Below, one piece after another: positions 24,512-35,078 of a stretch of DNA of 64,000 nucleotides. The DNA comes from Lepidodermella squamata (lineage: Eukaryota > Animalia > Gastrotricha). The translations under genes and the position numbers were made by a program. Location of the stretch: positions 124,001 to 188,000 of the forward strand of contig JBLDXI010000019.1 of NCBI GenBank assembly GCA_047495785.1. Direction: 5' to 3'. Each line of letters starts with the position of its first letter. Position 1 is the first letter of the stretch. Under the pieces are notes generated by a model. The model searched no databases and was not told where the DNA came from. It worked only from the letters and a program-made list of their open reading frames with translations.

Positions 24512-24810
24512 AAAAAAGATTTGGGTCCGTGTGGACCGATGGGCTGACTGCGGCGCACATTCACAAGCACTGTCCCGGTACCGCTCACCACGCACATCGT
24601 TAGGCTGCTTCCGTCAGGACCTGACCTTTGACGTGTCATTACGCAACCTGGGCAGTACGGCCTCCGCCGCACCGACCATGTTGATGGCGTACTTACACGG
24701 GGCGCTCGATCGACATGTGACATCCGCAGACAGGGCTCCCACCGGCTACTCATTCGCCAAGCCCGGCCCTCAAGTCGCTGAGTCACAGAAGCACGCCACT
24801 GCTTCCAGCC
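24512..24810 (-). ncRNA. 7SL (SRP) RNA, copy 2
   Basis: Reverse complement of copy 1 with about 5 substitutions; T6 terminator at 24517-24512. Confidence 0.92.
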
Positions 24811-24881
24811 ATAAAAAGCTTCTGTCAACTTGATCAAATCTGTCACTCTTGATTTATTGGAATGAGTATAAAAGCTACGAC

Positions 24882-24953
24882 AGGCCCAGGCGGGAATTGA
24901 ACCCGCGATCTTCTGTTTACGAGACAGACGCTCTACCACTAAGCTACTGAGCC
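24882..24953 (-). tRNA. tRNA-Thr(CGT)
   Basis: GGCTCAGTAGCTTAGTGGTAGAGCG TCTGT CT CGT AA ACAGA AGATC GCGGG TTCAATT CCCGC CTGGGCC T; 72-nt cloverleaf. Confidence 0.95.
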
Positions 24954-25141
24954 AGGCTGGAAAATTCGTAGATTCACAGAACTTTGCGGATCCACTAAAA
25001 CGTCTTATCAAGTAGGTATCATACTGCCCTGGTTTTTGGTAGTGTGATCAAAACTTGATTGATAGTTCGGATGCTGCCGAATGTAGCTTTTGTTGGGTAA
25101 GGTTGTTTCATGAGTTAAGGAGGCACGGTCAAATTCAGACA

Positions 25142-25213
25142 AGCAGAGTGGCGCAGTGGAAGCGCGCTGGGCCCATAACCCAGAGGTCTGTAGATCGAAA
25201 CTACGCTCTGCTA
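25142..25213 (+). tRNA. Initiator tRNA-Met(CAT)
   Basis: A1-U72 pair, GGG/CCC anticodon stem, ATCGAAA T-loop (eukaryotic initiator hallmarks); T5 terminator downstream. Confidence 0.97.
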
Positions 25214-25482
25214 AATGTCCATTTTTGACCCAGTCACGTTTTTTATCGCAAGTAATGGAATTTATTAAGGATGAGTGATCTATAAATAATTTTCTATTTT
25301 TCTCTCAACACGGAGCATAATAAAGCAATCGCTTCCCTCACATGTTGTTTCCAAGGATAGCTACCTCGATGGCGAGACTGATTGAAGCTTTGACTACATT
25401 GTCGTCTGTATCAGTCCTTAATGGTGTCAGTTAACAACCGGTCAACGGTCAAGCAATATTGACTTGATTAAGGAAAGGTTTT

Positions 25483-25902
25483 TTAGGCAAGGTACAAGCG
25501 TGTAAAATAAAGGGCTCCTAAAATGTACGTCGCCAAGCCGCCTCCAATCGTAGCAATACTCAAAACGATAGAGCAGCAATACCAGAATGGCTGTAGGGTT
25601 CGCTGCGTAGCGATTGAAAGCGCTGGCACCCAGAGCGGAAACAACGGGAAGAAGAGAGCTGCCGCAATCGCTGATAGCAGATAAGCAACTTTTCTCAAGA
25701 TCGGAGAACCAGTCGCGGTATCACGGCAAATTGAGATTGGCTTTGCTGCTGAAATGATCACTACCGACTGCTTAGAAGTTGACAAATATGGAAGTTGTGA
25801 GACAGGTGAGCAGCAAACAGATTGCCGGGTGAACGGGCCGGATGAACACGCATTGCCGAACCGAGAAATCTTATACACACAACTCGTCTCCGGCATTGAC
25901 AT
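25483..25902 (-). CDS. Dispanin/CD225-like small membrane protein
   Basis: 139 aa; LRKVAYLLSAIAAALFFPLFPLWVPALSIA...WYCCSIVLSIATIGGGL. Confidence 0.7.
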   Translation of the reverse strand: MSMPETSCVYKISRFGNACSSGPFTRQSVCCSPVSQLPYLSTSKQSVVIISAAKPISICRDTATGSPILRKVAYLLSAIAAALFFPLFPLWVPALSIATQRTLQPFWYCCSIVLSIATIGGGLATYILGALYFTRLYLA

Positions 25903-26761
25903 GCTTCGAGGTACCTTTTTATAAATAGGTCACGTTTCAAACGTTCATGAGCAATTTGAATTAATACCTTTGCATTCTGTCTTCCAACCATTGGACTATT
26001 GAGAATGAATTAAGTTGATGATAGAAATCACTAGAATGTGGAATACCATAGCATTTAAAAGTTTTAATACGGATCAAAATGACCACGATTAGTCAATAAT
26101 CAAGATAGTTTTGGCAAAATTTGGTGAATCGGGCAATTTGCACAGTTGGTTGGGGTAAATAAAATTTTCGAATAAAAATTGACTTATTTATTATAACTGT
26201 TAAAGTATCCGCATTAAAAAATGAACGGGTATATATGTTTTCCAAGGTTTTTGGGCGATGTTGTTTTTCATCCTTGACCATATTTAGATTATTATTTACA
26301 TTCAGCCCGCATAAATCGTGGTGTCGCGGGGTCGTGATTCTTCCCTGGGGACCCCGCACTCCACAGTGCACTTGACCACCAACCAATTTTTTTGTGGTAT
26401 TTTTAAATCCTATTTCTATTCTTACATTATTTACGAACCTATTTACTACAATTTGTAAAGGTCAAATTACGCATTAAATGCAGTCAAACTGGAGGGGGCG
26501 TGTTTAGCTTTTATTTTCAGGAGTAAGCCACCTCCGCAGGTTCCAGTGTGGCTACACCGGCTTGATTTAATACAATTATATACCGTTTATTCTCACTCCA
26601 ATGGTATGAAGGTTCAGTAAATGAAGCGCGATGAACTGAAGATCAAGAGGGAAAACTCGTAATATCGCATCTGTTGAAACTTCAATCCAAAACTCGGACA
26701 GGTTAATTGATGTCATCTCAATTGGTAATTTGACCTAATTTATCAAGATTACACAGAGACA

Positions 26762-26833
26762 AGCAGAGTGGCGCAGTGGAAGCGCGCTGGGCCCATAACC
26801 CAGAGGTCTGTAGATCGAAACTACGCTCTGCTA
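26762..26833 (+). tRNA. Initiator tRNA-Met(CAT)
   Basis: Identical to the copy at 25142; long T-run terminator downstream. Confidence 0.97.
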
Positions 26834-26943
26834 AGCGTCACATTTTTTTTGCTCCGACCTCATTTATCGTTAAGGGATCTACAAAAGTTGGGTATGCACA
26901 AAAAGGCACAAAATACTTTTTTTCAAATAAAAAAAACGAAGTG

Positions 26944-27361
26944 CACTTTCATACATATTTATGTTGACAAAATTAACTTTCATACATATTTTTTTTCATA
27001 GAATCGTGTTTTTTAGCCAAATTGTGATTAGGAATTGGGGTTGGGGGTTGGAGTTAGGTACCAGGTTTCGGGTTAGGGTTAGGGTTAGGTTTAGGGTTTG
27101 GTTAGGGTTCAGGATTAAGGTTAGGGTTAGGGGAGTAGTTCGAGTTTCGGGTTTCTACGAAGCTCGATTTTTGGGCCCTTGCGCTTCCCCAATAACCATT
27201 TTCATGCGGAAAAAATTGACTACGCTTTCGGAACTCCGTTTTTCTTTTACATAAACCGAAAACTAGTCATCTGGCATTTCCCTAAGGTTTTCAGCTTGAA
27301 TTTAATTTAAGAAAATATGTATGAAAGTTAATTTTATCATACATATTCATGTATGAAAGTT
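26944..27361. repeat. Inverted-repeat element with internal degenerate (TTAGGG)n tract at ~27028-27132
   Basis: actttcatacatatt...aaaattaactttcatacatattt mirrored by aaatatgtatgaaagttaatttt...atgtatgaaagt; centre gggttagggttagggttaggtttaggg. Confidence 0.7.
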
Positions 27362-27447
27362 GGCACCCTAAAAAAAATTGAGAAAAGTTGGCGAACCAGG
27401 TTACAAAATGTGTCTTGAATTAATGTCCGATGCTCGAGCCCCTAATT

Positions 27448-27891
27448 TTATTCGCTTTGAGTAACAGCAACAATTATAGCAATAACCATCAGGGCATTGA
27501 TAACAAAAGAAATTATTGACATGATTGTAGACATTTTGTACCGACGTCTGCGGAGTGCGTAATACTCTTCGCCTAGCTTGTAACTTTGAGGCCAAACATT
27601 CTCCTCGCCGCCGCACAAGGTCAGAGCTAAAGCTGGGATTGAAAACGCCGGGAAACCGAGAAAAATCGCGACAATCGCTGCAGTTTGAGCCCTCCGTCGG
27701 CGTCGTTTCAGATCTCGATAACTCCACAGGCGTTCGAGATAATACGTATTTGGCGCTACGATAATTTGACGCCGAAAAGCTCGGTGAAAGTCCGACTTGG
27801 AAGCGTTGGAGAAAAAAACGCTGAAAATAATTAATTTAAGTTTGAACAGCTGAACTTCTCATTTTTACCTTGCATTGGATGATTGAGACAT
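27448..27891 (-). CDS. Dispanin/CD225-like membrane protein, two exons (not in the ORF track)
   Basis: Exon 27891-27869, intron 27868-27821, exon 27820-27448: MSQSSNASVFFSN...RDLKRRRRRAQTAAIVAIFLGFPAFSIPALALTL...YKMSTIMSIISFVINALMVIAIIVAVTQSE*. Confidence 0.8.
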
Positions 27892-28123
27892 TTGGTAAGA
27901 AAATGGCAGAAAGCAGCTCACAATTAGTATTCAAATCTGAGCACAGTAGGGCGAGGCATTTTTTTCGCGCTCTCCAGGTGCATTTTCTTGAAGCTTTATT
28001 CAATTTGCTCACATAGGTATATAGCCAGCGGGTGCAATCTGTTTTTTTTTAAATTGTGGCTAACCTTTATACTACGCTCACACTTTAAAGTTCTCTTGGG
28101 CTGTTTATTTTATATTATTTCAA

Positions 28124-29696
28124 TCATACTCTTTTAACCACATAGTTTTTGAAGTTATTTTCTATTTCGCCTCTGCTGATCTTTTCAAGCATTTGGCCCA
28201 TTGTTTTCGCAGCCGTAATAGCATCGAATTTGCAATCAGCTTTCGAATTTATCGATTTATCGGCTAAAATCGATGCATCTATAAATAAAGAGTTGAAATA
28301 AAGAAAAATAATTTAAATTTAGGTAAAATTTACTCAGAATTTCGCCAACGCCTCGAAGTCTGATCATTAGGCCGTAATGATCGTTGAGACCGACAGTTAG
28401 GATCAGGCTATCCAAAGACTCGACATGAACACTCGTGGCGTATAAAAATGGCCGGATATTCAGTCGACAAGGAATCGGAATTTTTCTCATCAAATCGGGT
28501 TCAAGAAATATTGGCGACGAGACAAAAACCACGCGCAACGTCTTCGAGTTAACCAAAATAATTTGCGATGCGTATTCTAAAAAAATATTAGGACAATCGG
28601 AATAAAAATTATTGAAAAATATTTACTCCAGAATTTTTTGTGCGCCTTCAAGCTGATGTGAGTAGCAGCTATGTAGTAGTCACCCGAATAAGGAACCAGA
28701 GGCGATCCACCTCTAAGGGTGATATTTTTGGGGTCTAGCCGTGGCTCTCCATTAATAAATTCGCAATCAATCGATGGCGCCTGGTCGTTCGGCACTGGGT
28801 CCAGATTGCATTTCATAACCGTCATTTCGGGTAGAAATTCGTAGACGAAATGAAGGCGATCATTTAACACGAATGGCATCCAATTTTTATCAGCTTTGTT
28901 CGTTTTTGGCGTTCTAGCTTTAACGGTATACAACAAGCTATCCTCGAGTGACCAGACAAATTGTCTCCTGAACGGAACCGGGATAAAATTATCGAAAAAT
29001 AATGCAAAAATTGTACCTGAATGTATCGTTCAAATCTGCGTAGAAATGGCCATTAACAAACGACGTGTAAATCGAGTTATTAAGCGAAAAAATTCTTGGG
29101 TCCTCTGGCCCTGTAGCTCGGATGTTAGTCACGTCGCTCATAATCGGCACAATTCTAGCCGATTTCGGCACAACTTTCACGTCTTCGTCGAGATCCAAGG
29201 CGTAAATTGAGCTTTCTTGATAGCGATTTAACGATTTCGCCTCGTCTTGTTTAGTAAATCGCATCCACATTCGGCTAACACAGGATAATCGGCGATTGTG
29301 GAGGTGGCATGCCGGATGTAGGGCGAACGGGCCAGGTCCGGCCAGGTAAGGCTCCCGCCAAATGTGTTCGGCAAACATTCGCTTGAAATGAGGAACAGCA
29401 ACGGCTGAGAAGTTGAATATAATCGAGGTTTCGACTTGGGCTGATGACGTAGTAACAGCATATTCGGCGCTGTCACAAGCTCGCGGGTCGAAATGAATGC
29501 CGTGCAAGGTGAATTTAAACTCATTCGTTCCATGAAAATTCGACCAGAAATTCGACTTCAGGCTAATATCGTCATTTGCGATGATGACTTCTTCTTGCAG
29601 GTACCGCCAGGATAATTCGAAAAATAAATAGCATAAGGCTGTGGTAAAAATCAGCGAAACCAAACTTGGCCTGATCGATCGCCTGCTAAGAATCAT
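28124..29696 (-). CDS. Type II membrane beta-propeller glycoenzyme, Bmt/GT91 (DUF3589)- or GH130-like; four exons
   Basis: N-terminal signal anchor; motifs GPEDPRIF, KNWMPF, LRGGSPL; three ~50-nt introns link ORFs 28989-29696, 28577-28936, 28257-28556 and a last exon ending NYVVKRV* followed by AATAAA. Confidence 0.7.
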
Positions 29697-30822
29697 TGAA
29701 ACAATTTTAGTGAGCGGAAAAAAATGATTTCATCAATAATTTTACGTTCTCTTTATGATTCGCACGTGCCGTAAAAAAATAAAAAAAAAGGATGAAAACG
29801 ACAAAGGTTGAATTTGGATTAAAATTCTAAATGAATTACCGTATGGGAGGGTACTTTTGGACAAAACCGTATTTATTTGAGGATTGAAAAGCAGTCAAAA
29901 GTCAGAAAACGATGATTTTTTAGAGCTCCGATTTGGTGATTTTTAGATTCTTTCCTGATTTTTAGCGATAGACAACATGTACATGGCTGAAGTTGGACAA
30001 TTAGCTGGCCAAATTCCGGACACACTCATTTGCATATGGATAGCATTGTGAATGTTATGTTTTTCCTGTGTTTATTTGGGTCAAATTCGGAAAAGAAATT
30101 ATGCGCATTCCGCGCGCATTCAGAATAAATTGAGAAACTACATTTTTGTGCAACCGCATTTTTACAGTCAAAAATTGTCTGACTTCCACCTGAAAAATGT
30201 CAATGCCCTGCAAAATACAATCGATGAACCTTCATTTCTCTTTTGATAACTAAGAGAGCAGCGCTCGTTTAGTATACCCATGCCAATTTCCTCCCCAAAA
30301 TATTCATTTTTTTGGGAGATTGTCCATTTATAACATTTCTTAAACATCAAGTATTGCTCCAATCACCTCGGAACTCGCGCCAATCAATATCTCAGAACTC
30401 AGAAAACGGGGAATTTTACGCAACAAACCCAGTGTTGTTATCGTTACAAATCTATAAGTCGATTGCGTTCACCTGCGAAGCCGAAGTGTCCAACATTTAT
30501 CCTGCGCCACGGTATAGACCATACTTTTTCCGTTTCAAGTAATTTTTGAAGTTATTTCCTTTCGTGTGCTTGTTTACATCTTTCGGATTTTTTGAGCGTT
30601 TTTGTTTAGAAAAAAAACACCCAATGTTTGATTAACAAACTGGCGTAGTATCGTTCCAATGTTTCCAATGTTTATGTTCATCCTGAATGTGAGAATTCGC
30701 ACATCAATTAACGGCGCGGCGATAAACATGTTTTAGCACAAATAATTGGCTGTTTGTTGATCATTGTTTTGGTGTCTGTGATTGTGACCGCTGCCTGGCA
30801 TTGTCTCGCCATATCAAGTAAA

Positions 30823-33092
30823 ATGGCTCACATCATTTTTATAGAAATTTTCCTCCTTTTGGCTGCTAGCCAAATTTTTAGCCAGCCTCATTTAAGCGCT
30901 CAATTTCAGATAAATCAGTTAGAGGAAAGAGCGTACTCCCGAGATGAAATCTACGACGATTTTTCGAACCACCCGTGTCGTCGAAAATGCAAACCCGAAG
31001 CTCCGCCCATGCTTTGCGACTACGAAATGCAAGTCTCGTGGTACACAACAATGGGTCGGGCGTGCTTCTACTGCCCTAACGTACTAGCCGACTGTATAAA
31101 ACCCGGCTGTTTACCGGGCAGTGGCACCCAGCGCGGCGTTGTAGTCGCAAATCGCCAGCTACCCGGCCCGGCTATTGTCGCATGCGTCAACGACAGAATT
31201 CGCGTCAATGTCGTGAATCAAATGCAAAACGGCGAGAGTATCACAATCCACTGGCACGGCGTCCATCAACGCGGTTCGCCCTATATGGACGGTACAGCAT
31301 GGGTTAGCCAGTGCCCAATCACCCCAGGGGCTAATTTCACATATGAGTTCGACGTCCCGATAGCTGGGACCTATTTTTGGCACGGCCATATGGGCGCTCA
31401 TCGGGCGGATGGTCTAGCTGGTCCGCTGATTGTCCGTAACCCTCATGACCCTCATCGGCCTCTTTATGATAAGGACGACATCGCCCTAATGGTTCAAGAC
31501 TGGTTCCCTAGCGATGTAGGAATCAATCGATTTGTCACCTATAGCTACGGCAGCGGGCAAAACGTGCCTCCCTTGTTACTTCTCAACGGAATTCGGGCCG
31601 ATCCTAATTGGAATTATTCCTCATTCACGTCGTCATATTTCGATAAATTACCCCCATTTCCAGTTCCACTGCCGCCGAATGAGTTCCTATTAGAGCCAGA
31701 GTTGCGTTACCGATTTCGAGTTATCAATAACGCGTTCATGTTAACACCAATTCGACTGACAATTCAGGGGCATAATTTAGTAGTTATCAATTGTGACGGT
31801 CGTCCTGTGATGCCTGTAGTTGTTAAGAAGATCACTGTGTTGCCAGGCGAGCGATTTGATTTTATTCCCTACTTCACTGGGGAGCATTACTCGAAAGAGG
31901 GCGTTTATCAGTTGACGGTAACAGCTCTGTTAAGGGATAACTGGCATACCAGTCCTACAACCTATGCCCATCTCGTTTACAAGGATCGAACTTCCCCGGC
32001 TAAGTCAGACCCTGGTCTAGCAACTAATGGCGCGTCTAGTCACGTTGTCGATGAGCTAAATTACCTGGATTGGAACAAAAAAACTCGATATGACGTGGAT
32101 AATGGGGTAAATATCGGGGGAATGAATGTCGCCCAGCTGAGATCGATCTACCACGGTCAAGATATGGATCGACCAGCTGATATCAAATACTTTATCGAAT
32201 TTGTAAGTTTTTTCGAGGTAAAATAATAGAAATATATTGACGAATATTTCAGGATTTCGAACTGGTTGATGATCCGAAATTGGAGCCGTTGTTCGATGCT
32301 AGGACTGCCGTTCACTTTTCCGACCATTTCCCAGCGACTTTTTTGACGCCGCGGCTCAATCGAATCACAAACACTGTCCCACCTGTCCCGCTTTTGACCC
32401 AGGAAGAAGAAATACCCGAGGAGATGTACTGCAACGCCTATCACCGAAAATGCCCGTCATCCGAATTCTGCGAATGCATCCACGTTTTGGACGTACCTTA
32501 CGGAGCTCTTGTTGAGATGATTCTCATCGACAACGGCTTTTCGGATAACCACCACGGCTACCATCATCCGATGCATCTTCATGGTTATCATTTCCGCGTT
32601 GTCGCACAGGAAAAACTCCACCTTAACTTAACCCGCCGAGAGATAATGGAACTCGACGCATTTGGCCAGGTCGAGCGGAACTTGAAGTACGCCCCGCTTA
32701 AAGACGTTATCGGCGTGCCAACTGGCGGTTATACGATTATAAGATTCGTCGCTGATAACCCGGGCATTTGGCAGTTTCATTGCCAGATTGATGTTCACAT
32801 GGAGCTAGGAATGTCCCTTGTGCTGAGGGTGGGCGATCGCCGGCACGTCCCGCCTCCGCCGGACAATTTCCCACGCTGTTCCCACCCGTCGTTTTCGGCC
32901 GCCTTAAAAAATTGGCAAAATCGACAACGGCCAGAGTATCGCATAAAGCGGCGAAATGCTAGGAGCAAAGCGGCTGTAGCTAAGATGAAAGGAGCTTTAA
33001 AGCACGACCAAGGCAGCACCAAGTTCGAAAACACTACGACAGCTGATGCAGAGAAAAATACGACCCACGAACCTGGCTTTAACCTACCTTAA
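30823..33092 (+). CDS. Laccase-like multicopper oxidase 2 (intron 32203-32252)
   Basis: Paralog of oxidase 1 with the same intron position; HWHG, WHGH, HPMHLHG, but HCQIDVH in place of HCH. Confidence 0.93.
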
Positions 33093-33483
33093 ATCTTTGG
33101 AAGCGTCCTTAAATGTTGAAAAATAATAAAAATTATTTGGGGTTAACAAGTTTTTGTCCCACAGACAGCGTAAAAATCGGTCATTCTTGAGGGTGAAAGC
33201 GTGAACATCAAATGAATTAATGAACCGTGAAGGGTGACTCTGTTGTGAAAGCTCAAAATGAGATCGATGGTGACCGATTTAGACATTGAATATTGGCTAA
33301 TTTACCTAGATTGGCTGCACTTTCAATAGGCACTAGGCACTCTGCGCCTGTCTAATTTAAGTAGGTCGTCAACAATAATCTGAGCAGTGGCATGAGTCGG
33401 TAAACAGTGGGCGAGAAAAACCCACACATTGTGGTCCTACTATAAGTTACAGATGAATCGAGCCAAATCAGCGAATTTTATCA

Positions 33484-33753
33484 ATGGAACCACCGAGTTA
33501 CGCTCTGGTCGTAGAAGCGCTGCTGGAAAAGCGCGAGAATTCGAACCTTCAACCTCTACAACCACCGCCGTATGTAGCAAATGTCAACCTGGTTGACCTC
33601 GGAAACCTCGAAAAAGTGGCCATCACAATTCCTGTGCGGCAAATCACTATTGAAGCGACAAAAAAGAAAGCACCTCGAAAACGCCTTTTGTCAACCCTAT
33701 TCTGGGGTCTTTTTGCGTCAGCAATTTTTTTTACGATTCTATTCATTTTTTGA
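33484..33753 (+). CDS. Tail-anchored microprotein with two PPxY motifs
   Basis: 89 aa; PPSY and PPPY; basic patch then C-terminal TM; AATAAA overlaps the stop codon. Confidence 0.7.
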   Translation: MEPPSYALVVEALLEKRENSNLQPLQPPPYVANVNLVDLGNLEKVAITIPVRQITIEATKKKAPRKRLLSTLFWGLFASAIFFTILFIF

Positions 33754-33855
33754 ATAAAAACGATCAAAGATGTCACCACGCAGGTATAGACACTACTCGA
33801 GTGGGGCTATATCGTTATTTTAACATTTTTTCTCATCAATAGTTAGCGCAAAGAA

Positions 33856-34386
33856 ATGCCAGATAATGGCGTAACTTCAACGCCGCCCTCCTACTCTGAA
33901 ACTGTGTCTGCCTTTTCGCAGGTGAATTTCGACGATTTTCACGCCTCTCCTACGTCACCAGAATGTGACCAGAATTTCGAACTCTGCAATCTTCACCGAC
34001 AAGACTCACTCCCGCCTGCTTACTGGGAATTATGCCCTGAGAGCAGATCAACAGCAAGGCAATTGCCAACTAGTACAAGTGTTTATTGGATTGACCTAAC
34101 TAACGGTGCTATTCGTCCTGAACCTTCAGTTGAACCCCGAAAAAGCAAGCTGACAATTGTCGCGACGAGTTTTGCGCTGATAACTATGTTCACGGTGTCT
34201 TTATTCCTCGTCCCGCTGATTTTCGGCGTACCCGGCTATCTATACGCAGTTCGCTACAGCAGATCGCCGCAGAAAGTCGCGAGATACCGCGTGATATCAA
34301 TCTGCCTATCGATCATCGCATTTCTAATCGGCGTCGCAATAGCTGGCGCTCTGTACTACGCCCGCTCCGCTTGGATGAACGCATGA
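33856..34386 (+). CDS. Dispanin/CD225-like protein with PPxY motifs
   Basis: 176 aa; PPSY, PPAY; two hydrophobic segments linked by RYSRSPQKVARY. Confidence 0.8.
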   Translation: MPDNGVTSTPPSYSETVSAFSQVNFDDFHASPTSPECDQNFELCNLHRQDSLPPAYWELCPESRSTARQLPTSTSVYWIDLTNGAIRPEPSVEPRKSKLTIVATSFALITMFTVSLFLVPLIFGVPGYLYAVRYSRSPQKVARYRVISICLSIIAFLIGVAIAGALYYARSAWMNA

Positions 34387-34514
34387 ATTAATGACAGATC
34401 TAGTGACGTTTTGAGAAATAAATCGCTTTGACAGCTCGTATAATCCTTATTCTCATAAACAGGCTCAAATCGAACATATCGGAAATAAAATATTATAAAA
34501 ATCAAGTTCAAAAA

Positions 34515-35078
34515 ATGCATGAACCCACTCTGCTGCCACTGTCATCCCCGACTCGGCGCAAAACTTTCATGGCGTCAACAACGTTTTGGTGGGCGATAGT
34601 TTGGTCGTGGACAATTTGCAACTTCGCTCTAGCGGTTCTTCAAATTATTGCATTCATCGATCGCGATGATATCAAGCTCAGCCATGAAACGCTGTGGCAG
34701 AGAATGTTTTCAGGCGAATCAGTTCGATGCGTCGATTTTTACAGCGAGTACGCCAAGGTCGATCCGCGATACGCCTATAAGCCTTACGTTTGGTTTCACG
34801 AACTCCTTAATCCGTTCATTTTCGCGTTCAGCCTGCCTTTTCTGATCAAACGACACGTTCGAGGCGCGAAAATTTTCCGAATTATTGAAATTATATTCGC
34901 TACGATTTATTTTCTCAGTCTTCTCATCGACTGTTTGATCGATCCTGATATGAGGGCTTCGATCCATGAATATGCCCAAACGTGGATGATGATCGTTTAT
35001 TACAGCCTGTGTACGAATTGGATTATCATTCCTGGCCTGATTTATTTGACTGGCAATAAATTGAACCTAACCTCGTAA
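34515..35078 (+). CDS. EBP/EXPERA-like multi-pass membrane protein
   Basis: EYAKVDPRY and NWIIIPG resemble emopamil-binding-protein family motifs; four hydrophobic segments. Confidence 0.65.
   Translation: MHEPTLLPLSSPTRRKTFMASTTFWWAIVWSWTICNFALAVLQIIAFIDRDDIKLSHETLWQRMFSGESVRCVDFYSEYAKVDPRYAYKPYVWFHELLNPFIFAFSLPFLIKRHVRGAKIFRIIEIIFATIYFLSLLIDCLIDPDMRASIHEYAQTWMMIVYYSLCTNWIIIPGLIYLTGNKLNLTS

Noticed and set aside
27028-27132. True telomere or chromosome-fusion site
   Set aside because: Short, degenerate, single orientation and enclosed by inverted repeats.
27401-27727. 108-aa ORF as last exon of the glycoenzyme gene
   Set aside because: That gene stops at 28124 with AATAAA; a different frame here encodes the dispanin-like protein.
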